The position numbers were made by a program, and so were the translations under genes. The notes beneath the pieces are model-generated. The model was not told where the DNA came from and made no database searches. It was given only the letters and a program-made list of their open reading frames with translations. A stretch of 64,000 bases of DNA from Longimicrobiales bacterium. GTDB lineage: Bacteria; Gemmatimonadota; Gemmatimonadetes; Longimicrobiales; Gaopeijiaceae. Positions 30,537 through 39,991 of this stretch are shown here, one piece after another; position 1 is the first letter of the stretch, and each line of letters starts with the position of its first letter. The stretch is from the NCBI GenBank assembly GCA_965198065.1, contig CBDAON010000004.1:352001-416000 (forward strand), written 5' to 3'.

Positions 30537-31622
30537 TCAGCGGCGCACGGCCTCGAGCAGGAGCTGCCCCACCTCCCGGTTCTCCTTCAGTCCACCGAAG
30601 CGCTCCGCACCAGGACCCACGGCGAAGAGCGGAACAAACGCCGCCGAGTGGTCCTCGGTGGTGTACTGCAGACTGTCGGCGCGGCGCTCGGCCGTGGGGA
30701 GGCCGATGCCGCCGGTCTCGTGGTCCGCGGTCACGACGACCAGCGTCTGGGGGCTCCGGCGGCGGAAGTCGAGCGCCAGTCGCACCGCGTCGTCGAAGGC
30801 GAGCATCTCCCGGACGAGGATCTCGCGCCCGGCGTTCCGATGCGCCTCCGTGTCGGTGCCCTCGCTTTCCACCATCAGAAAGAACCCTCCGGGGCGGCCC
30901 TCCAGCATCTCGAGCGCGACGGACATCATGGCCGCAAGGCTGGGTGACCGCTCCGCTGCGGGCGCCATCTCGCCCTCGGCGAAGAGGCCGAGGAGAGCGA
31001 CCTCCTGATCGGTACGAACGGCTTCCAGCTCCGTGAGGGATTCGACGATCTCGTACCGCTCCCTGGCCAGAGCCCAGAGATCGACGCCCGCCCGCTCCTC
31101 CGCAATGTCCAACAGCCCTCGGCCGCCCCCCATGAGCAAGTCCACGGGCAGGTCGATCATCTGCCGGAAGATGCTCACTTGCTCCGTGCGTGAGAGGGCA
31201 TGGGCGCCGAAGGCTGCCGGAGTGGCATCGGTGATGTACGTCGTCGTGACGAGCCCCGTCCCCATCCCTTGCCGCTTGGCGGCTTCCAGCACGGTTTCCA
31301 GGTGGGCCGAGTCGGGCCCGACGGCAACGGCTCCGAAGAACGTTCGGGTGCCGGTCGACAGCGCGGTGGCGCCCGCCGCGCTTCCCGTCACGACATGGCC
31401 GTGGCCTCTGGTATCGACGAGGCCTGTCACGGGGAACTCCCGCACCGCCAGCTCGCTCCGGGCGAAGTAGGCAAGCGTCCAGTGCTCGACGCCCGCCCCG
31501 TCGGCGATCATCACGATGAGGTTTCGGGACGCCAGCCCGCTCGGAGCCTCGGGGGTGCAGGCCCACGCTCCAAGCGCGGCGAGCGCGACGAGCCCGAGCG
31601 AAGGACGGGAAGATCCGGTCAT
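30537..31622 (-). CDS. Alkaline phosphatase (lipoprotein)
   Basis: IADGAG, VTGSAAGATA (catalytic Ser), DATPAAF and TADHETGG motifs; lipobox-like AWAC. Confidence 0.9.
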   Translation of the reverse strand: MTGSSRPSLGLVALAALGAWACTPEAPSGLASRNLIVMIADGAGVEHWTLAYFARSELAVREFPVTGLVDTRGHGHVVTGSAAGATALSTGTRTFFGAVAVGPDSAHLETVLEAAKRQGMGTGLVTTTYITDATPAAFGAHALSRTEQVSIFRQMIDLPVDLLMGGGRGLLDIAEERAGVDLWALARERYEIVESLTELEAVRTDQEVALLGLFAEGEMAPAAERSPSLAAMMSVALEMLEGRPGGFFLMVESEGTDTEAHRNAGREILVREMLAFDDAVRLALDFRRRSPQTLVVVTADHETGGIGLPTAERRADSLQYTTEDHSAAFVPLFAVGPGAERFGGLKENREVGQLLLEAVRR

Positions 31623-31780
31623 TGAACGGTCCTTAGGCTCACCCTAGATCCACTTCGCCGCCTTGATCCAGGTAGACTCAGGGGCTGGCGGGCCCTGGCG
31701 CAAGCGTCCTTATCCCCCAGGGCCCTCCCTGAGCCCGCGTGTGGGGCTTGTGGGGGGCCCCGAGTCGCCCCTATACCACG

Positions 31781-31804
31781 CGCCAGAAATGTCGCCAGAA
31801 ATGT
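31781..31804. repeat. 12-bp tandem direct repeat CGCCAGAAATGT x2
   Basis: Exact duplication in intergenic island DNA. Confidence 0.85.
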
Positions 31805-32305
31805 AATAGGCCAACTGTCACGAGCCCGAGAGATTCTTGGATCGGCGCTTGCCAACCCCTGGCGCCGGCAGGTGCCGAGGAGCATGGATAACATGGCCGG
31901 AGACGAACAGAAGGCGTCGGAAGGGTCCGGGTGGCCGGGTATCGCCTGTGGTGCTCGTGCTCGACGGGAACGGCTACCCAGTGGAGGGCGAGCGGGTGCT
32001 TCCTGCAACTGACAGCCTGCGTTGAGCACGAGCCGCGGGTAAAAGGCGAGCTCAGCGGATACGCTGCGTACCCAGACCGTTCCCACCTGGTGGGTGCGCA
32101 GACCAAGATCACCTTGACCTAGTCTAGACATACCTTCGGTGTCGCTTCTCATGGCCATCCTTTCGCTCCGAAGAGACTTCCTGGAGGCTGCCCACTACAT
32201 GTCTATCGAAGCATCTCTTTCCATCTTCATCCGGCAGACCGTTTCGATCCGGCCAAACTGTCAGGTGAATGCCATCACAGAACACCCGACGCTTGCTGAT
32301 TTCGA

Positions 32306-33712
32306 TCAGGCCAGGAGTGAAGGCGCAGACGATGTTGCTTTCTCGGGAGGGGATTCCTCCGGTTCATCACGCGGAAATCTGGGAGCCTTCGGCACATACG
32401 GCACCAGACCCTCCATTGCTTGACGATAGAAGCGTTCCACACCGTCCGTAATGGACGTGAGTACACGGGCACCGGCCCGTCGTCCACGCCCGGTAGCGGC
32501 CCGTCGTCCACGCCCGGTAGCCAGCCCCATTGTCCAACTGAGCACGAAGAAACGAGGTTCTGCGTCTGTAGAGATCGCCGCGCGATCAGGGCCCGTCATG
32601 ATCGGCATGGGTCCGTCTTGAAGGGCGTCGATCGGGGCTTCAGTGTATAGCCCTCGCCTGTTCCACTCTACGTGCACCTGCAATCCCTTGGGAAGGTCGT
32701 CAATGGGAAGCTTCCGCAGCAACCAATTGAGCCGTGTCTTTGTTCTTCCTTCACTCGGCGCCGGGAACCTGACCGAATACCGCACGACTTTACCCTGAAG
32801 CATCAGCTCCAGACGTATATCACCAATCGCATCTCGCACTTTCAATGCGCCTGTCAAAATGCCACTGTCAAGGGCCTCCGCACACATCTGTTTCGTGCGT
32901 CTGCCAGGGTCCTTCACATCTGCCCGAGACGTACGGCGCTGCACGTCTGCTCCCATTTTGGCGCGCAGCCGGAAAGCCAGCTTCTTGAGAAATGCATCCC
33001 AATGTTCGGTAACGTCGGTCAGTTGATTAGGTACCGTAGAAAGTTTGTGTTCTCTCGCAGCCTGAAGCACGATACCCCAGTGAGCACCGAGCGACGGGGG
33101 GGCGATGATGCGCGACTCGTCGTCGGTGATATACTTGATCCACTCATCAAGCATCCAGTGTTGATCCGAATCTTTGATCTCCTTCTTGGTACTGAGCACT
33201 TGTGCTTCCGCGAGAAGACGCTCCCACGATAGGTGGACGACCGGCACCTTACGCAGACGTCTCCCATCTAACTCCACTGGAGGTCGTCCGTTGGGCAGGG
33301 AGGCCTGGTTGCTGATTGTCACGAGGGCATCAAAACCTCCCTCGCCCGCCAACTTGTGGTAGGTATCGACCTGTCCAGCGTCGAGGAGATTGTCACCCAC
33401 CTTGACCTCGACGGGCGCCGACCACTGGGTCTTTCCGCGGATGACACGGATTATGCCATCTGGTCGAACGATCCTGGTCGGAGAAGTCCCCATCTCGAAG
33501 CTCGCTTCGGTGTAGCACGAGATGCGCCCCGCAGGCCCGCCCGCAGCACGAACCACGATCCGCCCAAACTCGGACACCGCCCGTACCATAGCTAATAGGG
33601 ATGCTGCGGCGCGCAGCTCGGCCTCCCGTGTGCTGGAGATGTGTGCAGACGGAAACAGACGGACTTCGTGTCCCTCAAGTCTGTCGCTGTGTACCATGGT
33701 GTCGTCTCCCAC
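32306..33712 (-). CDS. Conserved hypothetical protein with PD-(D/E)XK nuclease-like N-terminal domain
   Basis: RPDG...VEVK...Q..TY...ALVTISNQ; 468 aa; lower GC; start may be ATG 33697. Confidence 0.7.
   Translation of the reverse strand: MGDDTMVHSDRLEGHEVRLFPSAHISSTREAELRAAASLLAMVRAVSEFGRIVVRAAGGPAGRISCYTEASFEMGTSPTRIVRPDGIIRVIRGKTQWSAPVEVKVGDNLLDAGQVDTYHKLAGEGGFDALVTISNQASLPNGRPPVELDGRRLRKVPVVHLSWERLLAEAQVLSTKKEIKDSDQHWMLDEWIKYITDDESRIIAPPSLGAHWGIVLQAAREHKLSTVPNQLTDVTEHWDAFLKKLAFRLRAKMGADVQRRTSRADVKDPGRRTKQMCAEALDSGILTGALKVRDAIGDIRLELMLQGKVVRYSVRFPAPSEGRTKTRLNWLLRKLPIDDLPKGLQVHVEWNRRGLYTEAPIDALQDGPMPIMTGPDRAAISTDAEPRFFVLSWTMGLATGRGRRAATGRGRRAGARVLTSITDGVERFYRQAMEGLVPYVPKAPRFPRDEPEESPPEKATSSAPSLLA
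32473..32520. repeat. In-frame 24-bp tandem duplication (ATGRGRRA x2)
   Basis: CGGCCCGTCGTCCACGCCCGGTAG repeated exactly. Confidence 0.9.
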
Positions 33713-33860
33713 CGTTGATCGTTGGGTTTGCCCGACAGCTGCTTCGAGGATTTGAGATGTGGTGGGACTTCTTTGATTCCTCTGAGTGGTGCTGCCTACC
33801 GGGACCAGCTACCCCCCCTAATATCGCCACTGTTGGTGAACCTGTTGGGACGCTGAAGCC

Positions 33861-34397
33861 TTAGGAGATATACTGACATCTTATCTCATCTGAACCCCAG
33901 TGCGCGGCTACGACCGCCTCGTACGCGGACCAGCGCAAGCGCTGTGGCGCGGTCGAGTCCCCCATTCCGATCAACGGCATCTTCGCCCATGTCCTGCAGT
34001 CCCCGCACTGCCTGCCGGCGCACGCCGTAGGCTCGCACTGCGGCGGCACCGTCCAGTCGTCCGGCCACAGGAACACTTGGCGGTAGCGCGTGGCGACTAC
34101 GTCTGCAACCCTCGCGGACGTCGAGCGCGGTGTCATCGGCGCGTCCGTTCGGTATTCGCGCACCCGTAGACTGACTTCCCCCGTTTCCGGGTCTATCCCG
34201 TCGACGATCCCTTTCGCGTACACGCCGTTCTCGAAGCGGTGGGGGCCGTGGAAGTACACCCAGCATTCCCAACCCTTCTCCACAACGTCGATGTAGTGGC
34301 GCCACCCGAGCCGCAATCGGCGACCCTGCATCCGTTCCGGGAGCACGGCTGGCCGGAAGCCGTCGTAGCCGCTGTGTATCTTGTAGAGAAACCTCAC
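33861..34397 (-). CDS. Hypothetical protein: beta-rich N-terminal domain plus Cys cluster; probably 3'-truncated
   Basis: GTG start overlaps the HAD stop (GTGA); CxxxxCxxxxCxxC; abrupt switch to AT-rich DNA at about 33895. Confidence 0.65.
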   Translation of the reverse strand: MRFLYKIHSGYDGFRPAVLPERMQGRRLRLGWRHYIDVVEKGWECWVYFHGPHRFENGVYAKGIVDGIDPETGEVSLRVREYRTDAPMTPRSTSARVADVVATRYRQVFLWPDDWTVPPQCEPTACAGRQCGDCRTWAKMPLIGMGDSTAPQRLRWSAYEAVVAAHWGSDEIRCQYIS

Positions 34398-34987
34398 AGG
34401 TCAAGCAGTTCGTCGAAGCGCGCGAGCACCTTGTCCGCGCGGTAGGGCTCCTCCGTCTCGTACCCGAACGACGCCCAGGCGAACCGCACTGAGGCCGCCT
34501 CCGCAGCCTCAGCGTCCGTGGCTCCGTCCCCCACGAACCAGATCCCCGCGTCCGCTTCCCGCCCAATCTCGGCCAGAACCCAGCGTATCCCGTGCGGCCT
34601 CGGTTTCGCTGGTATTTCCGCCCGGGGTGTCGCGATGGCGGCGGAGTACTTGCCGACGCCGGTCGACTGCAGCAGGGGCTGGACAAGCCAGTCCGGCAGG
34701 TTCGTCACGATACCGATCGGCGTTCCTCTTCCCCGAAGCCGGTCCAGCGTCGGGACGACCCGGTCGTACAGCTCGACCGCACCGCCGTCCTCCCTCGCCG
34801 CCCGGGCCAGCCGCGCGTTGCTCACGCCGCGATCCCTCGCTGCCCGTACGACGCTTACGCCAGCTTCGAGTTCCCGCTCGACCTGCAGCGCCGAAACGCC
34901 GGACAGCCGTGCGATGGTCCCCGCGTACCACGGGCGGCTGTCCCAAACCGTCCCGTCTAGATCCAGGACGACAACTGTTGCAGCCAC
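34394..34987 (-). CDS. HAD-family hydrolase
   Basis: Motif I DLDGT, motif II VTN, motif III KP and motif IV VGDGATD; GTG start at 34987 overlaps the DprA 3' end. Confidence 0.88.
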   Translation of the reverse strand: MAATVVVLDLDGTVWDSRPWYAGTIARLSGVSALQVERELEAGVSVVRAARDRGVSNARLARAAREDGGAVELYDRVVPTLDRLRGRGTPIGIVTNLPDWLVQPLLQSTGVGKYSAAIATPRAEIPAKPRPHGIRWVLAEIGREADAGIWFVGDGATDAEAAEAASVRFAWASFGYETEEPYRADKVLARFDELLDL

Positions 34988-36066
34988 GCTTCTTGTTCTT
35001 GCGGATTGTCCGTCAGTTCGAAGGCGAAACCGCCCGTGCGATCGTCTTCCTCGATGAGTGCGTTGCCGCTCGTCTCCTTGGACCCATCCGTCCTGAATGT
35101 GGCGACCAGCTTCTTCTGCTCCCGTCCGAAGCGGTAGGCGTTCATCGCTCCCCCGGTCAGCGACGACTGGGCAACCAGGACGCCCTGGGCGAACGCCACG
35201 ATCAGCTTGTTCCTCTTTCTGAGCAGCAGCGACGACGCCCGCTGTCCGAAGCCGAATTCGCTGACGAACGCCGCTCCTGGGTGCGCGAGCAGCTCTTGCC
35301 ACAACTCGCGGTTCTCCGGTGGAAACACCTTGTCGAGTCCACAGGGCATAACGCACACCGTGCGGCCCCCAGCCTCCACGGCTGCGCTGTGCCCCATCGA
35401 GTCGGCGCCCATTGCGAACCCCGACACGACCACCATTCGATTGCGCGCCGCCACCGTCGCGAACCGCTGAGCGGCGCTCGCGTAGGGTTCGTGCGTCTTC
35501 CGCGAGCCCACGATGGCCACCGTCCCCGCCGCGTCCCAGACCGCCGGATCCCCGCGCACGTAGAGCACGGGTACCGGATTGTTGCTCGCGTACACACGCG
35601 CCGGGTACCCCGGGTCGCCATGGACGAGGATGGTCGCCGAGAGTTCGGCTGCACGTTCGAGTTGGTCGATTGCCCTCCCCCGCCCCGCGGCCACGTCCGC
35701 CTCCGAAAGGGCGGCAATACCGCCTCGCAGCTTTTCGCCCGTGCGCCCCCTGAACGGCAGGAGATCGGGGTTCCTGATCGCCGCCTGTGCGTCGACGCCG
35801 GCGTCGTACATGGCACGGAACTTCACAGGACCGAACCCGGGGACCCGCTCCAGCGCGAAAATGGCGCCGAGACGGTCGGCGCCAGGGCCGCGCCCGCTTC
35901 GATACGGTGCGTCCCCTACGATGTCCCGGCCCCTCAGCAACCGTTCCTCCAGCAACAACCTGACGGCTTCAGACCTCGATGGCGCTGGGGTACGAGTGGT
36001 CCGCCAACCGTCCAGCGCTTTGATGGTCGCCTCGTCCAGCCGTGACTCGATACGTTGCGTCGTCAT
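34957..36066 (-). CDS. DprA/SMF-domain protein with N-terminal ribbon-helix-helix (ShosA-like)
   Basis: YP...PVLYVRG, VAIVGSR, VVSGFAMGAD..H, FVSEF and RNKLI motifs; N-terminal RIESRLD...SRSEAVRLLL; ATG 36066 with GAGGA RBS. Confidence 0.88.
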   Translation of the reverse strand: MTTQRIESRLDEATIKALDGWRTTRTPAPSRSEAVRLLLEERLLRGRDIVGDAPYRSGRGPGADRLGAIFALERVPGFGPVKFRAMYDAGVDAQAAIRNPDLLPFRGRTGEKLRGGIAALSEADVAAGRGRAIDQLERAAELSATILVHGDPGYPARVYASNNPVPVLYVRGDPAVWDAAGTVAIVGSRKTHEPYASAAQRFATVAARNRMVVVSGFAMGADSMGHSAAVEAGGRTVCVMPCGLDKVFPPENRELWQELLAHPGAAFVSEFGFGQRASSLLLRKRNKLIVAFAQGVLVAQSSLTGGAMNAYRFGREQKKLVATFRTDGSKETSGNALIEEDDRTGGFAFELTDNPQEQEAWLQQLSSWI

Positions 36067-36174
36067 TCCTCTCTCACTACCAGCACCGCCGCCAGGCGGT
36101 CGTCTTCCTGCCAACCGGCGCTCCCGTCGCGTTTTCGTCAATGGGACGCGACCAACGGGCCGTTCCGTACGTCC

Positions 36175-37197
36175 TCAACTCCCCGTTCCCTGCGTGTGGC
36201 GGCTGGACTGGAGCGAACTCTCCGCCAGCGCAAGCACCAGCAGCACGACGCGCTGGCAACCGGACTCGCGAAGCCGCAGAGCACACACGCCCGTAGTGTG
36301 ACCGCGGTTCATCACGTCGTCGAGCAGTAGGACCGTTCGTCCCCGCACCTCATCCGCCTTCCGGTCGGCGAACGAGTACTGGCGGGCCAGCTCTGTTTTG
36401 CCGACGAATCTCGACCGCGCCGAGCTGTCCGCTCGTTCGAGGAAGTCCGTGCGCAGCGGGATCCTGAGCCTCGAACTCAGGTGTTCTCCGGTCTTGGCCA
36501 GGATGTCCAAGCCTCTCTCTGCCCTCCGGCTCTCCGCCGCGGGCACTGGTACGATGTAATCCACTTCACGGATCCACGCTCGGCACATCGGGCTGGCTCG
36601 CACATGCTCTGCCAGAACGCGCCCGAAAAAACCCGGTAGCACAGGATTGCCCTGTTTGAATTCCCGGATTAGTAGCGACCATTGCTCGTTGCGGTTCTTG
36701 TCGCCGGCCCAGCGGTAGACGCCGATGGCCGACACCTCGTCGATTCCCACTACGGTCGGGCTGCGTATCGCTTGGTTCAATCCGAATTGCTTCAGGAACC
36801 TGCCGCGCAACTCGACCTCCGAGGGCGGCCTCTCGAACTGTTCTGCGATCGCCGCGTCGAACTTCCTGACTTCCGCGCTCGCACCTTTCTGGATGACGGT
36901 CAGCTGCTGCTGGATCAGCCACCTGAGTCGCCGGGGCACGCCGGGAAACCGCAGAGCAGTTTGGAGATCCCCGACGGTCCGCGATTCGTCCAGATCGCTT
37001 TGGTGCGCCAGCGCGCGCCGATAGAACGCGTATGCTAGGTCGTCAGCGTGCTTCGCCTGCTGCTTCGGCGACGAGCCCGACCGATCAAACCTCTCGGCGG
37101 CATCCGAGTGATGCCCCTCTCTCGCCAACCGGGCAGCGTCGTCCAGCTGCTTGCGCTGGAATTTAGCCTTCAGACTGGATAGGTCCGCGGACATCAT
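36175..37197 (-). CDS. ComF-like phosphoribosyltransferase with TPR-like helical N-terminus
   Basis: DYIVPVP, R..ERG, VLLLDDVMNRGHT (PRPP loop) and V.LLVLA motifs. Confidence 0.85.
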   Translation of the reverse strand: MMSADLSSLKAKFQRKQLDDAARLAREGHHSDAAERFDRSGSSPKQQAKHADDLAYAFYRRALAHQSDLDESRTVGDLQTALRFPGVPRRLRWLIQQQLTVIQKGASAEVRKFDAAIAEQFERPPSEVELRGRFLKQFGLNQAIRSPTVVGIDEVSAIGVYRWAGDKNRNEQWSLLIREFKQGNPVLPGFFGRVLAEHVRASPMCRAWIREVDYIVPVPAAESRRAERGLDILAKTGEHLSSRLRIPLRTDFLERADSSARSRFVGKTELARQYSFADRKADEVRGRTVLLLDDVMNRGHTTGVCALRLRESGCQRVVLLVLALAESSLQSSRHTQGTGS

Positions 37198-38374
37198 CAC
37201 CCCTCGGCCGGTCCGTTCGACCCGTCGTCCACGACTCGTGCGGGTTCCCCAAGTGCAACACCTTCACCGGCGCGACGTCCCGTCGATCCGTTCGTCCAAT
37301 GTCGTTTGACATATAGGGGATTGACGGCTCGCTCACCCATAACAGACGAGATGACGGCGCACGGTATGACCTCCCCTGTGATGATCCATGGGCGCCGCGA
37401 TGCCCGCCAATCCCTGTACTGGCGCTCTAAGGCGCATACTCCCCACGGGACATCCATCGCGGCTGCTGGCGGGGGTACCCCGGAGTCCCCCCAGTGCTCA
37501 CCGGCGCAGGGGGCAATTGGTCACTCCCGGCCCGTTTGCCCGTACTGCTCAAGTCAAGAGCACTCGAAGCGAAAACCGCGCTCGCAAGGGTACAGGGGCG
37601 CCTGTCGGAAGTCTCGCCGCGCCACGATACCACCAGCAAGACCATGAACGTGTCGGCCACCGGACGGCCACGCCGCCACGGCCGGAAGCCACGTGCCTGG
37701 CCTAGCCGCGCGCCGCAGGGGGTTCGAAGGGGCAGCATAATGCTAGGGTTCGAACCCATACCTGCCCCCCCGCCCTATGATCGGATGGCTAGGTTCAACG
37801 GCGGTGCCCTGAAAGCGGTTCGGCTGCAGCTGCGAGGCCCCCAATTTCACGCGGGGGTGGCGCAGTGGCGACGCACGAGCCGCCTGCGCACGTTGAAAGC
37901 CTGCCTGCCGAAGCAGATCTGCCAATTCAGCCAAGAACTGGCGGTCTCCGCGTAGCGGCGCACGGAGGCGCTTGTCCATCAGTCCACCTCGTCGTCCAGA
38001 AACTCACGCCTCTCGTTCGTCTCGCGGTTCAGATACACCATCGTCCAGTCATCGGCTTGCGGTCCATTTGCCGACCCGAGAAGCTCCCGAGATAGAACTG
38101 CCGCGACGAGCTGTACGGCGGCACGACACTTGTCATATCTTGCCTGCGAAGGTGAACGTGCCACTGCGAGGCATCGGGAGGCAGGCCACCCACGGTGCTA
38201 GCGTTTCAGCGGAGGGCGGATGACCCGCTAGCCAAGTTGCGGTCCACCCTCAAAGAGTATGAACGAGCAGGAACTCTCGGCAGCGTGCCGGTAGCGGAAC
38301 TACTCCTCGTCTCGCACACTCGCTCGAACGGTTCCAGTTGACCTGGCCTACGCACAACCCGAGTCCCTAGGCAC

Positions 38375-38866
38375 ATGATCCGAAACTACACCGATGAGGA
38401 GCTCATGAGGCTCCGTAAGCTTCCCAAGAAGGTACGAAACCCGGGAGCCCACTGGTCTGAGAAACCGACAGAACATCCGGCCCACAGACAACGTACTTTA
38501 AAGGCGACAGGAACCAGTACGGATGGCCGAGAACACCGTTTCCTGATCTATCAACGTAAGAACCTTCGTGACGAGCCCAGTTACTCGTGCGGGATCGTCT
38601 ACCTGCCACCAAGTGGGCCGAGGCTCACGCTGGCTCGGTACAATGGGCCGAGTCACCGGCACGGGGGCATCCGTTACAAAACTCACATTCATCGGGCCAC
38701 GGAGACCGCCATGGCTGCTGGGGCGCGACCAGAGCAGCCAGCCGAGGAAACCACGCGCTACAGTACCCTCGAGGGTGCCTTTGCATGTCTTATCGAAGAC
38801 TTTAACCTGTCTGGAGTACACGCCGAACCTGATCATCCGAGTCTGTTTCATGGCCATCAAACCTGA
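38375..38866 (+). CDS. Hypothetical protein with His-rich motif (partner of DUF1828-like gene)
   Basis: LARYNGPSH.H...THIH; overlaps the downstream gene by 17 nt. Confidence 0.7.
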   Translation: MIRNYTDEELMRLRKLPKKVRNPGAHWSEKPTEHPAHRQRTLKATGTSTDGREHRFLIYQRKNLRDEPSYSCGIVYLPPSGPRLTLARYNGPSHRHGGIRYKTHIHRATETAMAAGARPEQPAEETTRYSTLEGAFACLIEDFNLSGVHAEPDHPSLFHGHQT

Positions 38867-39629
38867 CGACCTTGAGCGGCGACTGTGCGAACAGCTCTGC
38901 GCCGCCGTTCGTGTGGAGCAACGTCCCGACGGCGAGTTCATGCTCGCGGCTGAATTCGAATTCCCCGATGGGGACAAATACCCAATCCACCTATCGGAAG
39001 CCCCCGGCGGCGTCCGGTTATCAGACAAGGGCGACACGTTGATGCGGATAAGCTACGACCATGACATCGACGCTTTCATTACCGGAAGTCGCGGGCTACT
39101 GATCGAGCGCATCTTGAGCGAGGAACGAGTCGACCAGGACCGAGGCGTGTTCTACCTAGATACGCCTACCGACCGTCTTTCCGATGCCCTCTTTCGTTAT
39201 GGTCGCGCCCTCACCCGAATCTATGACCTCACACTCCATTCACGGTCACGGGACGCCTCCACCTTCTACGAGGACCTCGCGGACCTTATCCTCCATACGG
39301 CTGACGAAGAACAGATCCAGCGCGACCACCTTCTGCCCGACATTCCCAACTCCGAGGCCTATCCGATCGACTATCGATTGCCAGGGAAGCGTGGTGGGCA
39401 GGTTTTCTTGTATGGCGTTCCGAATCGGGACAAGGCCCGTCTGACCACCATTATCCTGTCCCACTTTCACCGAATTCACTTGGACTTCGAGTCGATTCTA
39501 GTTTTCGACGATCAGGCTGAGATCCCTCGGATGGACTTGGCCAGGCTCTCGGATGTGGGAGGAGAAATGGTTTCGTCGCTCACGTCGAGTGACGATCTGC
39601 GCCGAAAGATGGAGCGCCGGCTCGCCTAG
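38850..39629 (+). CDS. DUF1828/DUF1829-like protein
   Basis: F.FPDGD..PI.L...RLSDKGDTL..I N-terminal pattern and a nuclease-like C-terminal half (YPIDY); ATG 38850. Confidence 0.7.
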   Translation: MAIKPDDLERRLCEQLCAAVRVEQRPDGEFMLAAEFEFPDGDKYPIHLSEAPGGVRLSDKGDTLMRISYDHDIDAFITGSRGLLIERILSEERVDQDRGVFYLDTPTDRLSDALFRYGRALTRIYDLTLHSRSRDASTFYEDLADLILHTADEEQIQRDHLLPDIPNSEAYPIDYRLPGKRGGQVFLYGVPNRDKARLTTIILSHFHRIHLDFESILVFDDQAEIPRMDLARLSDVGGEMVSSLTSSDDLRRKMERRLA

Positions 39630-39991
39630 CCTTCGTTCCTTTACGTGCTGGCCCATGACAGTGCCTCCGGCGTGACGCTGAATCCCTTTGGTCAAACTGT
39701 ACCAGTACCTCAATACCGAACAATGCAATCCATCAACGAGTCCCGTGTAATGTTTCTAGATCTCCGAAGTCACAACAGCCTGACGTCACCAGACCGTGGC
39801 GACGCCGTTGCCCTTCCGGATCTCCCCGCACGCCATCAAGATACGCGTTCCACGAGATGGCGGAGGGTGGTTCACGGAAGCTTCAGTAGGCGACTCAGAG
39901 GGGGGGACGCAACCCGACGGATCGGGAACTCAAGGAGGACACGGTTCGGGTCGATACCTAGCCGCCCAGCGCGGACATCGCGAGGCCTGAC

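Noticed and set aside
34957..37200. Housekeeping competence locus dprA-comF
   Set aside because: Island location, the RHH fusion, the coupled HAD gene and the lack of ComF's N-terminal zinc ribbon fit a defence/TA role better. Not formally excluded.
37743..38164. Two small TGATG-coupled ORFs on the minus strand
   Set aside because: No recognisable motif or RBS; they may be remnants but are unsupported.
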